Below, piece by piece: positions 38,701-51,260 of a stretch of DNA of 64,000 bases (position 1 is its first letter; each line of letters begins with the position of its first letter). This DNA comes from Hydrolagus colliei (lineage: Eukaryota), in assembly GCA_035084275.1 (NCBI GenBank), contig CM068756.1:1612001-1676000 (forward strand), written 5' to 3'. The notes under the pieces were generated by a model, which searched no databases, had not been told where the DNA came from, and saw nothing but the letters and a program-made list of their open reading frames with translations. Both the position numbers and the translations under genes were made by a program.

Positions 38701-39919
38701 TATGTCCAACTTGCGGGTTCTCACATCCGGCGTTTGAGTATTTTTGCCCAAATCCGTCTGTAGGCACACTTTAGCTGTTAAAATAAGTATTGTGCAAACA
38801 CACCACAGTGTGCACAGAATGGATTTAACCATTTTACAAAAAGAAATGTTTCAAAGTAGCCTGAAGTCTGTCCTGAATCTCAAATTTCCAGCTCCAGCAA
38901 TTGCACGCTATGTACTTACTAAAATATTTCCCCTCCTAATATTTTTGCCTCTTTACCTTAAAATGAACAAGGAATCTTCACCATCATACTCAGCTAAAGT
39001 TTAAACTTTGCGCAAAGATATTGTTAAGATTCTTTTTAGAAAAATTTGCTTCCCAAGTGGACCGAATCCAAATCTTAGATAACATTACTCTATCGCAATT
39101 GTGCTGAATCGATTGAGACTTTAGTCATATTCTATTACTGAGTATTATTCACTAAACGCAATTCAGAAGAAAAATTAAATAAATCTGATTTTTTAAAAAA
39201 AAATCATTCACAAAGAAATAAAACTGGAATTACAGGCAGGTTCCTCAAAATGATTAGAATAAGAACTTTTGTCGCTGCAGAACACTTCCATTAAATGCAC
39301 ACATTTCACCAAATAACTTACATTTGCTATCGTCTTTCATAACAATTCGAGAGAATGGATTCTAAAATGAGTTGTTTGGGTGAAAAAAAATTGTATTCTT
39401 AAAAAAAACCTGCAGTGAAATCTGGTGCTTCTGCAGAATGAGCTTAACTCGTGATATCTCTTAATGGCTTTGATAGCAATTTAAATGTCAAAATAGATTA
39501 TAGCTTAAAATGAATTACTCACGACTGTGGCCTGGAAATGCAAGCTGCACAATGGCTGCCTACGGACCAGATGGTGCCAAGTTCAGACCCATTGGGCTGC
39601 TTGAGGCTTAAACCACCTGCCAAGGTTATGGTGAGTTCCCACACTGGCTATTGGGTGCAGAATCTTGGTCCATCTTGGAATGATTGAAATTGCCAGTTTG
39701 CCTATCTATCTTGCAATTCCGTGTGTTTGGGTAAGGGTTACATGGATACCAAAGGTACGGCAGAGGTTTTCTGAACTACAGAAGACGAGAGGGACAGGGA
39801 GAGACATACCGACTTTGGTGTTGGATGTAATACAAGGGGAATAAAGTAAACCCATAACACCAGAGATCCATGACAGTGACTAGATTGCCTAACTGGGTTA
39901 TTTTAAAAGCTCCATCTAC

Positions 39920-40220
39920 AACAATAATAATATTTCATATAATAATAATCATTGCATTTGATATAGCGCCTTATCACATTTTTGAGACGTATCAAAGCAC
40001 TTCACAGTATATTTTGTGGGTGGAACATGGCAGTCATTTGCACACAGCAGTGTCCCACAAACAGTTGTGGAATGAAATGATCAATTTATTATTAGTAGTT
40101 TTTTTTTAAGGAATTATTACACCCGGAAAAACGATCTGTCTATCAACTAACAACCAGGCTCCTACTTCTGCTAAGTAAGCAGGTGTGTGGCGAAAGGAAA
40201 CTTGCCCAACCTTTTGCCCT
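39920..40220 (-). mobile_element. tRNA/Deu SINE (long internal variant, head truncated)
   Basis: Tail ttgcatttgatatagcgccttatc, cagcagtgtcccacaaacag, and aggaaacttgccca. Confidence 0.85.
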
Positions 40221-40437
40221 ACAAGTTAAGCAATGACAAGTTATTTTCTATCGCCTGATGGATTCGTCAGAAAAAATTCACAGATTAATCAGCAACTCTC
40301 GTCATCAGTAAATTTATCTTTTTTAAAAAAAAACACAGTGAGAATTAATTGAATATTTCCATAGAAACTGACTAGCTTCAATTGTTTAAGGTGCAATTTG
40401 TGAAAAACCTTGGATCAAATAACAGGGACAAAATGGG

Positions 40438-40868
40438 TGTCAGCCTGACTCATTTGGTAGCACTCTTGTCTCTAAGTCAAAAGGTTGTTGGTTCAAGACC
40501 CTTGTCAGAACTTTGAACTCAAAGTCTAGACTAGACTGGGAACAACTGAAATGTCCGAGAAGCTGATTTTTCTAGATGAAACATTAAACCAAGGTTTCGT
40601 CTGCCTGTTCGGGTGAGTGCTGAAGATCCCAAACTGCCATTTGTAAAGAGAAAGGAGTTTCACCTGGTGTACTGACCAACAATTCTCCCCAAATAAATCA
40701 GTCACTCACTTCATGGCTGTTTGTGGGACATTGCTGGGTGCAAATTGGTTGTCACATTAGCTACAAATACATTACACGTCACAATAAAATCCTATCAAGT
40801 GCTTTGAGATGGTTCGATGGTGTTATAAGGCAACACATCAAATTTAAACATGATTATTATTATTATTT
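40438..40868 (+). mobile_element. Full-length Deu-domain SINE (SacSINE1-like)
   Basis: gtcagcctgactcatttggtagcactcttg...ggttcaagacc head, Deu core gaagatccca...gctgtttgtgggacattgctg, (ATT)n tail. Confidence 0.85.
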
Positions 40869-41141
40869 CCTTTCAAATCTTACTTCGATTGTGGTCAGTA
40901 CCTTGTGCTATTTTTTGGGGAAGGAAACCTTCATCATTTTTCATGGTCCATTGCATATCTTGGTACTAAAAATAATGGAGACATATAGTGTAAATAAATA
41001 ATAGCATTTGGGATGGCATCACAACTATTATATCACAGAATGTTTTTGTTTCATCCTTGCAGCTGATTTATAGCATGTAATGATTGGTTGCACATATGAC
41101 AACCATTAATGCTCTACAACCTTGCCTCAGATTGTTAATGG

Positions 41142-41304
41142 TTGAATAGCCACCCAATATCTAACTCCTGATTTTTATGGGAATTGAAAGCTTTGATCAT
41201 TATTATTAAACGGTGATGTGTGAATCTTGATTATCTTAATCATCATTTTCAAGAAAATCTAGTCACGTGCCAATCAAAATCAACAAGGTTGTCAATAGGA
41301 TTTG
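41142..41304 (+). repeat. Unclassified dispersed repeat, copy 1
   Basis: Colinear with 43070-43240 (ttgaatagcca...gaattgaaagc...aaaatctagtc...caaggttgtcaata). Confidence 0.75.
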
Positions 41305-41329
41305 ATTGAATCCAACTGGGATCCTTCAT

Positions 41330-41620
41330 TCCATTGAGCGCTGGACTCGAGACTAAAACATTTTGAGTTTGAATCTTGGTGCTTTTCATTCCTTCACGCA
41401 TGATAAAATGAGTATAAGTCTCAAAGGTATCCAGTAGGGTCAGAATAAAAGGTGATTACAATCTCCTTAGGGTAGAACTGCCTCTAAGATCAGCATTGTC
41501 CGATGATTCTAGGCATGTTTGGGTAGTTATGCTAAGACACTGCTGATGGCTGAGCAGTAATGAAACAAGGAAGTATACAGATGTCTTTAATCCTATGAGC
41601 CAAAATACTGAAAGGACGCT
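41330..41620 (+). mobile_element. Meta-domain-like SINE remnant
   Basis: Degenerate tRNA head, then gcttttcattccttcacgcatgataaaatgagta (recalled Meta core GCCTTCCATCCTTCCGAGGTCGATAAAATGAGTAC) and aatgaaac...cctatgagcc near the end. Confidence 0.45.
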
Positions 41621-42297
41621 AGAATGATCTAGCAGGACAAGAGCTGTCTCGCTCAGCCAGGATTCAATCTGACCTGGGCAGTACAAGAGAATGCAGTGAC
41701 CCGAGTGAAACACCTTGAGCAGGTCTCAATCTAGTTTGTTGTGAACACACCAAACTGCCCACAATTTACATCATTGAGCAAACTCACTCACAGCTGAGTA
41801 AGAATAGACAAATGCGCAAATGAAATGCTACATAGCTGTTCTCTGTGGTAAGGTATTAGGTATTGTTCATTTTCCAGAACATGTAAGGACGAGTTGTAGT
41901 TTGCATGACCAGCAGTGACCAATGAATGCACTTTGAGCAAAGATTCAAAAACATTCAATCTTGTCATCTCTCACCTGAATGAGCAGAGTAAAAGTTGTGT
42001 GTTTTTGAGTCTCAAGCTGTGGCATATGTACCTTAAAAATAGAATTTAATTACCTCACACTTGTATTAATTAATATTAGCCAATAACCAACAATATTAAA
42101 CCAAATGTCAACTGAGCTGGAGATTAAATTCCTGCCATGAAATTCCTTAACTGTGAGTATTTGCTCCAATGTTGGTTCTGTGCATTGTATGCTGGACTTG
42201 CTAGTTGATGGCTCTGAATTCTGCTTTTGGCTTAACTTGGTTTGGAAGCTGTGCACAAATCATGCCACCATTCTGCAATTTGTTCAATAATTTGTAG

Positions 42298-42590
42298 AAT
42301 AATAATAATAATCCTTGCATTTGATATAGCGCTTTTCACGTCTTCTAGACGTCTCAAAGTGCTTTGCAGAATATAAAGTGAATGGACTATAATTGTGGGT
42401 TGAACGCGACAGCCAATTGAACATAGTAGTGTCCTACAAACAATCATAGATTGAAATGACCAATTTATAATTTTGTTTTGAGGGATTATTATTAGGAGAG
42501 TGGAGTAAGGAAACCTGCCCAATATTTCACTTTGCCTGGAATCAAACCCAGGTCTCCAGCTTGTAAGGTGAGTGCTCTAACCACTGAGGA
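42298..42590 (-). mobile_element. tRNA-headed SINE with Deu 3' part (short internal variant)
   Basis: Reverse complement: ctcagtggttagagcactc...gggtttgattccaggc...gggcaggtttccttactcc...gcgctatatcaaatgcaaggattattatt. Confidence 0.9.
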
Positions 42591-43069
42591 TGTGACCTGG
42601 CAAGAAGGACATTTTCTTTTACTGTTGCATTTTCCTAGTACTGTACATGCGGCTCCCAGTCACTAGGGGAATCTAAATGGGGGCCAGACTTGTTGTTTCT
42701 GTTTCCCATTCCAATTTCCTCAATTGAATTGTACTTGAGCCCAGGATTGGTTTCAACTTTTCAGCTGTATGGGGAGGATGGGGGAAGAAGAAGAATCCAA
42801 TAACGATATCACCAGAGGTTGGGGTTTGGACCCATTTTTGGGGTCCATACTAAAAGCATTGTGTTACCAAGCCATTCTGAGCTGTAATATTAAGTGGTTA
42901 AGGAACCAGAACACAACAGTTTTAAAGTTAAGTCTGTGCTGTTTCTATGTAGAAATCTTCTTTATAGCAGCTACATTAAAAGATGAAGCTAGACATGGTA
43001 AAAGGGGAAGTTGGTTAGAATACTGTCCTTTTGGCCTCTGGGACTTGATGATTTAACAGTGTATTATTA

Positions 43070-43240
43070 TTGAATAGCCAACCAAATTTTGCTGCTGATT
43101 TATATTAGAATTGAAAGCCTAGCCGCCTGTGATCATTCTGCTTAAAGGTGACATGTGAACTTTGATTATTTTAATAATGATTTTCACAAAAATCTAGTCG
43201 TGTGGCCTATTGAAGCAAGCAAGGTTGTCAATACAATTTG
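43070..43240 (+). repeat. Unclassified dispersed repeat, copy 2
   Basis: Colinear with 41142-41304. Confidence 0.75.
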
Positions 43241-44617
43241 GAGAGACTCAGCAAACGATGTGGTCCGCAGTGCAACCGATTTGGGCAGTTTGAATCTCGA
43301 TGGACATAAATCCGCAGCACAAAAGCATCCTTACAATTCACATAAAAGGTAAATGATACAACTTACAGGCTTTAGGTTAGTGAAACTACAAAGATGCAGG
43401 TGACTTTAGCATTTTAAGGGATGAGGAAAAATCTCTCCAGGTTCTAAGATTTCGGTAGCATTGTTCCTGCTGGTCTTATGTAACACACTGAGCGAAATTA
43501 CACTGAAACCAATATGGTTAGTGAAGTGCCAACACAACGGTCTTCTTTAAAAATGGGATGGAGAAAGGTTTTTACACCACAGACACTGTTGACTGTCAAA
43601 GCAAATCACAAATTGAATACAGCATTTTATAAACCATTGTCAATGCCCTAAGAAATAGCACAATGCTCTGGAAAGCACCATGTAAACAGAATATTTGATG
43701 GAGATTACCAAACGCAAGCTAGTTTAGAGTCACGTGTAACTCACTCGTGCCAGTCTTGCCTGTGAGTTATTGGATCTTCCACGTTTGTGTAATATAACCC
43801 ATATCTCATCAATTCCCATTGAGTATCCTCTACTTACTGCCCTTTTAGCAGAAAACAGTTTTACTACAGCTGTGCCACTGAACCGTCAAGGTTATTTCAC
43901 TTGAGAGGAGGGCCTCATTACTCACTCGGAAGTTTGCTTTTCAGGAGTTATGGTCCTTTCATGCTTGTAAGGTAACCCTCCCTAGTAATTTACAATAGCC
44001 TCTTGTTTTGTTGATTCTGACAATGAAGTCCGTAAAGGTAGGAACCACCACAAGAGATGATTTTGGTGAGTTTTTGCTGCGCCATGTACAGAACATTATG
44101 TATACAAAATAATGATCCTTGCATTTGATATAGAGTGCAACTCACTTTGTTGCTTCTCATGGATTGTCTGGTGTGTACTGTTCGTATCGGAGATAAGAGG
44201 TGGGTGGGCATTACCGGCTTATGCCTCCAATAATGTCAGTCAGGAACTGTCAGCAAGGGAAGCCCATCAGAGCAATCTGGGCGATCCTCATGCTCTCTGT
44301 GGTGAGGTGCCTGGTCTCCATTCAATGCAGTCAGGAACTCTGTACCTAACGTGCTGGAGACTGAACCTCTTTCGGTACCAAGTACTGTGTTCAATGCTTG
44401 GGATATCTTCCTGACGTGAAAGGCGCTCTGGAAATGTAGTTTTGTTGTTGTTGTTGTTATTGTCCCACATTATTCCATCGTCCTCAATGTTACTCAATGC
44501 ATAGCAAATAGTTTTTAAATAACAAAATACATTTGAAGTAACTCATTCTATGGCAACAGTCAAATTTGGCAACACAATTGAGTTCTACAAACGGACATGT
44601 GTTTCTGTGTCTATCGG

Positions 44618-44980
44618 TCAGAAGATCACAGGATTGGTTTGGATGAAGAAGGCCCTTTGGCCCTTCTGATCTCATCCTTTCAGATCCTTGCAGTCCGCCC
44701 GTCAGAGCGTTAAACTGTCTTTCTGTATGAGACTCAGTGTCCTGGCAGATTTATGCACTATTTATGTCCTCTACCACCATTCCTGGCAACTTGTCATTAA
44801 TTACTTTCTGGGTAAAGAAAAACTTCCTCCTGTCTGTCTCAAAATTGCTCTTCGCATCTCTAAGCCTGAGTCCTCTTGTTCTACTGTCTTGGTGCACCCC
44901 AAACTATTGTTCTGGATTTACTTTACTTTCAATCCCATTTAAAATGTTATACTGTACACCTACATAAAGTTCTCTCTTCC
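44618..44980 (-). mobile_element. CR1 LINE 3' end (decayed ORF2)
   Basis: Minus strand encodes remnants ...ILNG...RTRG.RL...ETDRRKFFFTQKVIN, typical of the CR1 ORF2 C-terminus, followed by a 3' UTR motif. Confidence 0.7.
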
Positions 44981-45934
44981 CATTTACCTACAAGCCCAAG
45001 AAGCCCTTAGCTTGTTGAATCAGACAAATGGAAATGCCACTTCCTTAACATTATACAGAAAGAGGGATGATTCCAGTTTATTGTTGGAAAGAATTACGAT
45101 CCAGGAACCCAACATTTCCTTCATCTGCATGACACAGTGGACCACATCCAGACAGTCTTGGCTTCAGACGAGCGAAAATGAATATGGGGATAACTGACTG
45201 TCATCAAGTCATGTTGCTGGTTCTCCTGTTGACAGTTTTTTATCTTCAGGACTGTCTAATGTGAAACTGGTGTGATTTCTATCTCGAGCATTTCAACACT
45301 TCTCGCCTGAGAATGGATTTGCAAGTCTTTTTTTTGTGTTGTCTTTGTTTCTGCTTCCACATACTTACTGCAAAAGTATGCAGCTTTTAATTTCAGTTCT
45401 GTGAGATACCATATAGCAAATGATTCAAAATTAAATCATTGCTATGGCCATGTGCGCCCCCTCCCCTCGCCCACCCTCACTGCCCGCAACCCCCACCCCA
45501 CACCACCCCGTACCCCCACCCACCCCCCCCACACATTGTACTGTGAGCTGCAGGATATGTTTGCTACAGGAACATTGCCCTATTCTTCTCTTTCTAGGTG
45601 CTTCTGCAGGATTTATGTGCAATCTGTCCAGGGCTTCTGAATAAGTTTTTTTTCTTTGCAGAAAGTTTACAGCTCTAGTTAAACTTACAATGCCACAAAG
45701 TTCCTTGTTGCCTATATTTCCTTACACTGCTCCAGTCTAACACTACAGTGGCTTACAGATGCTATCCCCCTGTTTATAGGAAGGAGCTAAAGGTATCTAA
45801 TACTGCAAAGCCTGCCACTTGTGCCATCTGTTTTTTTGTTATTAGAATGTTTTGTAGCAGAGATCAATTTCAGTTACACGTGGTTTATTCACTCAGGCTG
45901 CTGATCTCCATTCCTCGTCTCTGGATTCCTGCCA

Positions 45935-46275
45935 ATAGAGTAGTGGATAGAGCAATTGCTTCGCACAGTGAGAGGACTCAGGTTCAATTCCCAGGCAGGG
46001 TGAAACCTTAGGCAAGTTTCCTTACTCTACATACCCCTGTTTACCAAGCGGTAAATAACAACCCAGTTGGCAGTCGATTGGCAGATTGCTTTTCTTGGTA
46101 ATAACCCTTTGAAAAATAAAGATAATCATAATTTGATCAACATCCTGACATATCAATGTCAGACACTGCCGTGCGCAATTGCGTTTCCCCCACAAAATAC
46201 AGTCAATCCGTTTAACAATATGTTCTGTGAAGCGCTTTGAAGCGTTTTATATCAAATGCAAGGATTATTATTAAT
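45935..46275 (+). mobile_element. Full-length tRNA-headed SINE (long internal variant)
   Basis: gtagtggatagagc...caggttcaattcccaggcagggtgaaaccttaggcaagtttcc...gattggcagattgctttt...atcaaatgcaaggattattatt. Confidence 0.85.
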
Positions 46276-49200
46276 ATAACAGAACCAGACTTCAGCTGTA
46301 GAATGGAAAGCATCATTGGTATGAATGTCCAAAATACATGGTAATCCTCTCGATTGGTGCTGCAAATTTTACAGCACAGAAGGCCCTTATTTAGAAGCCT
46401 TCCTTTCGCATCAATTTGTGAGAAACACTTAATTGAAGGCAACTGTGAAGCCTGGAAATAACGTCCACTGATATTCTCTTGTACGAAGGTTGCTGGGATA
46501 TGATCCACATTATGCACTCACTGGTTGTTAATATGCCTGGATATTCAAAAAGAAAGGCTCTGTAAATATGTTTTACATTACCGCTATGCTATTAGTACAT
46601 TCTAAATAAACTTTGCTGAGTTTTACTATTTGAAAAGGTTGGATTACCATTACATCCAAGGGACGTTACACATTAAATAGGACCAGCTAATAACTTTTTC
46701 CAAACTTTACAAGAGGAAAATCTAATTATGTTACAGCTCAAATTATTTCACTGGGGAAATATGTGATTCAGCAAAATGACAATTAACCATGTGTCAACAG
46801 TGGGAACTGCATCATGGTGAACTTTGGAAACTTTTGGTTGAAAGTTTGCATTAAAATTTGATCAAATAACAAACAAACAGCCCGAGCAATGGTTTCCATT
46901 TTGTAGGAAGATTTTTAAATTTGGGTGAAACATTATAAGATATATGTTTTTGCCTCCTTTTCTTCGAACTTGGACATTCTGGGGGCAGGTCTCATAAGAT
47001 TCAGGAATGGGAAGTACTAGAAAACAAGCCACTAGAATGACTCATAGGAAAATATAATGGCAGCACAAACCCTGCTGGCTCTCATACCATCACCTTCAAT
47101 TTCCTTCCTGCTTTGAAAATATATGCTCCACAGATGCACAAGGCAACTAGATGACATAATCTGTCATTGGTGGATAGTATAAATGCAGAGGAATGCTGAA
47201 GGATGTTCATTGTCTTGCAAGATACTTGACAAGATTAAGCATCCTTTAAATGATTGTTTAGCACCAACTTGCCTCTGTTCTCTGCAAGCCAAGAGTCTAT
47301 ATTGTTTAACAAAATTGTCTAAGTTGGCAAAAACTCTATCCAACCAAACCAGATGGACAATGGCAGTTGGCACTGAGTTGACTGTAATGTCTATAATTAT
47401 ATCTTCAAACTATCTCCACTACTTCATCTTGGGCTATAAAAAGGTACAATATAATAACTGTCATGACTACTTTGGATATTTATGAATTTATTTCTTGGAG
47501 TTTCTGTCAAGAAAGAACTCTTCCGTTACACAGCAGTAAACTGACTTTGAGTTCAGCACTGAAGTAGTTAAGGTTGAGACCCAGAGAAAGAATGTGGGGT
47601 AGGCTTGTTACACAATTCAGGCCAAGAGAAACAGATATTGGAGGGAGTAATATGCACTTTTTTGAACTCATGCCATTACCACAGAATAGGAAACTTCATG
47701 TAATTATGAAACTGGACACATGTCACATGGACTCGCACACCCAATTGAAAACACTGAACATCCCTGGAAACATAGACAGTGTCACAAAGATTCAGTGGGA
47801 GATTGACTGATGAAATGCAAATTCCCCTTTTATGTGATTCAGATGCAACATCAACAAGAAAAATGTGTGTGTTGCACAAGAGTAAGGGAATCAGACCCCA
47901 ATTTGACTTATTATGGAGATTAATCCCTCCGCTGTCCTTTTTAATAACTGGTTCTCCATTTTAGTTGGAACTCATTAAATACGAGAAATGCAAGGAGTGC
48001 TGTATTCCTAAACCCCGCAATTAATGACGCAGGAATTTTTCTTTAAAGTTTAAGAGTTCTGCTGAAACAATTTTTTTTCTATCTAAAAACAAACCATCTA
48101 TCGGCAACTGATTTAATAGAAATGATTTGGCACTGGGGGTTATACAGATCCTTTGAAACATCTGGTTTTTCAAAGCTAGTTTGAACTGGAATGCCTGCGA
48201 TCGATGGTAAAATGGATGACATTGTGAATGACACTAATAAGCCCTAAATGCTCACGAAACATGCTTGCACCAAAAACTTTTTTTTTTGCGCACATCAAGA
48301 GGTTAGGCATCACTGTGCACTAAATTACAGAACTGCCTTGTGACACAAGCAAGGAGTGCGAGTCCTTTATGTGGACAGCCCAGCAATTAGGCTACATAAG
48401 AAAACAGCCTTAGGTAGAAGGTGAATGTATTAAAGCCTTTTTAAAAAATATATATATATCTGAAAGTACCTTCATTCAGGTGTTCTAGGCAGGAAATGAA
48501 CATTTGTAGAAAGGTATGCAATTTATATCTTTCATCATAATTGGTTGTTTATGCAGCACAGAGAAGTTGCAGCCTTCGAGAAGAGGCCATATTACAAGTG
48601 ATGGAGTCAACTGCAGAGACTGCAGCCTGACTGATGAGTTAGATATGAATTGTTAGTAACCAAGGCCTTATCCCAAGGGGATTCATTAAGTGACTGGTAC
48701 TCTACACCATCCTGTCATTTCTAACCTGGATGCATCCTCAACATTAGAGAAGCTTTGTAGTATTTTCTGCACTAGGCGGTTTCTAGACTTTGCCAAACAT
48801 GACTTGCTAATAGAATGAAAATTGAATGTCTCCTTGAAATTTGAACTTCTATTTAACTTATTTAGTGATTCATAAATACAGACAATTGGAATCTCTCTGA
48901 AAGCATTAAGGGAAGAATTAGGGCAGCAAATGCAAGACACAAAGAGGACGATAGGAAAAACATGGTTAAAAGGACCTCTTACATTCGCTGCTGTTTCACT
49001 GAAAGAATTATATTTCACAGAAAGATGGTGATTATATTTCATGCTGACCCTTATCCTGTGGGTGGATTCTAATAATTGTAAACATACAATACTGTGTGAG
49101 GTTTCACAACAGAAATATGTTAAATACATGATATTTCTGATGTAATACTGTGCTTATTGCCATGCCTTCTTTACCATTGAACTAACATTAGGGAAGAGGC

Positions 49201-50311
49201 TTGCTCATGTTTTCTTATTAAAACCATTATTCCATGCTTTGACCTGCCATTACATCTCACCTTCGGTCGTGTGAAATTATTCTGAAATGGAGATGAGCGA
49301 AAATCGAGCAATATTCTCTCTGTGAAATTAACTTTACGAGTCTCCTAACCCTCCATTGTGTTGCATTTCAAACATTGGAATGAAGTTTAAGGTATCACTT
49401 AAAAAAAGCCTCTTGTAATTATCGTTATATTCGCAAGCAGATCAATTTGAACGATTTAACACTGTATTAGATACCTCCGTAGAAAGTACTACAGCGCTGT
49501 CTTTGATCCGTCAGTGTTCATCTGTTCAAACATTTTGGCCGCCAATAGACATTACAACACACACTGCAATTTAAAACTCAACTCTGCTGTTAATACTGTA
49601 CGGCCATCATTTTTACCATATCAAAAGACAACGGATGTGTAAACCTGTCTGCATCTATTATTCTCAGCAGGATCCGATGGCAATACTGGATAGTAAAACA
49701 TTTCTCAGGGACTTTGCCAAATCAACGGGCTGTCCCAATAATGTTCCTTTACATTAATTGCGCATATGCTCCTGTAGAAAACATCAACTCGCCCGCAGAG
49801 TACAAATAGACGTTGACTTATTGAAATCTGCGTTATCGTTAAAGATGCTTTAATACTGTATTTTCATCTCTTATTTGGGACGTTGAGTTATGATTCCGCG
49901 CAACATGTAATACGAATGTCTAAACCTCGGATTACGGTACACAGAAACATTGATAGGACATGTACTTTAGCCTCCATCTATTTCCCTCATGTCACGAGTA
50001 ATAATTCAGGGCTGTCTGATGTCACATGTTGTTGAGGAAATGTAATGTAAATCTGCTGGAGCTGTCGCTGGTGCGATCCCCTATTTTACTCAGGAAATAA
50101 AATCTCTGCTTCTTTTAGTTAATGCTATTTCCAAATGGCACGTATAGTTTTAACATATTCTATGGCTACAATCTCGCAAAACCTCCCCCCCCCCCCACTC
50201 CCCCGGTATTTCAACGAGGTGAAAACCTAAAATAACAATTCACCGACATGAGATAACAATTAAGGCTCATTCGCAGTACAAGAGGTTCGAGATTAAAATT
50301 TGTCGGTGATC

Positions 50312-50640
50312 ACAGCAGCCAAATTGTGCATGGGCAATGTCCAAAAAACAGATATTAAGTGAATGACCACTTTTTTAAAAAAAATCTGGGGCATTGTTGA
50401 CCAGGACTCTGAGAGAAACTCCCTTCTCTTTTCAAACAGTGCCATGGGATCCTTAATGTCCATCTGAATGGGCAGACGATCCTCAATTTAATGACTCATT
50501 CAAATAACAAAACTCCGATATTGTAGCAGTTTCTCCACACTCTGTTGAAGAGTCACCCGAGACCTCAAGTCCTGATGTGATTCTTGAACCCACAATCTTC
50601 TGACTCAGATTGGAGAGTGCTAACAACTGTCAAGCTAACA
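50312..50640 (-). mobile_element. Deu-domain SINE, head and core
   Basis: cagtgccatgggatccttaatgtccatctgaa (Deu core, reverse) and cttgaacccacaatcttctgactcaga...agtgctaac (tRNA head, reverse). Confidence 0.85.
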
Positions 50641-50900
50641 TCTTGAGGTATGTTTTAAATACAAAGTTGTCATACGTAATAAAGTTGAGTTTAGTGTGAA
50701 ACTTATTTCTGTTTCAATTTCAATGTCAAGGGTGGCACAGCCTCCACTTTCCTTGACATCACATTACTGACGAAATTTTAAAAAACCTAACCGTTCACAG
50801 ATGTACGGAAAGATATGACAAATCTTGTGTTTAATCCTCTCATGGATTGCAGTAGAATTTTCTCCCATCTTCCACCATACCATAATTGTTGATTAAAATG

Positions 50901-51260
50901 CCATTAGAGGAGAAAAGGTTGAGAGGCAATCTGATCGAGATGTTCAAGGTAATGAAAGAGTGTGAGAGAATTAATTATGAAAAACCCTTTTCGCTGGAAA
51001 GTGCTTGCGAGGCAAGATGGCATCAATTTCAGCCAACTTGGTGATCAGGGGAGTAACAGGAAAAGTTTGGAAGACCTTCTTCTCCCAGGTAGCTGTCAGG
51101 GTATCAAGTGTTTTGCCAGGGATTTATTTTAGAGCAGGGTTAATTGGGGCACTTAAAAGAAGTATTGGACAAGTACAGGGAGAGGAAAACTGTCAAAGGG
51201 TACAGGGAAAAAGCAGGGAATTGGGAATACGTTAGATGGTTTCTTGCAGGAACAAACACC
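50901..51260 (+). mobile_element. CR1 LINE ORF2 C-terminus and 3' UTR (frameshifted)
   Basis: Translates PLEEKRLRGNLIEMFKVMKECERINYEKPFSL..., then FFSQVAVRV..VLP and LDKY, matching the CR1 LExRRLRGDLIEVFK motif. Confidence 0.9.

Noticed and set aside
48686-49129. Longest ORF in the window (147 aa)
   Set aside because: Composition typical of AT-rich non-coding DNA; no recognisable domain or supporting exon structure.
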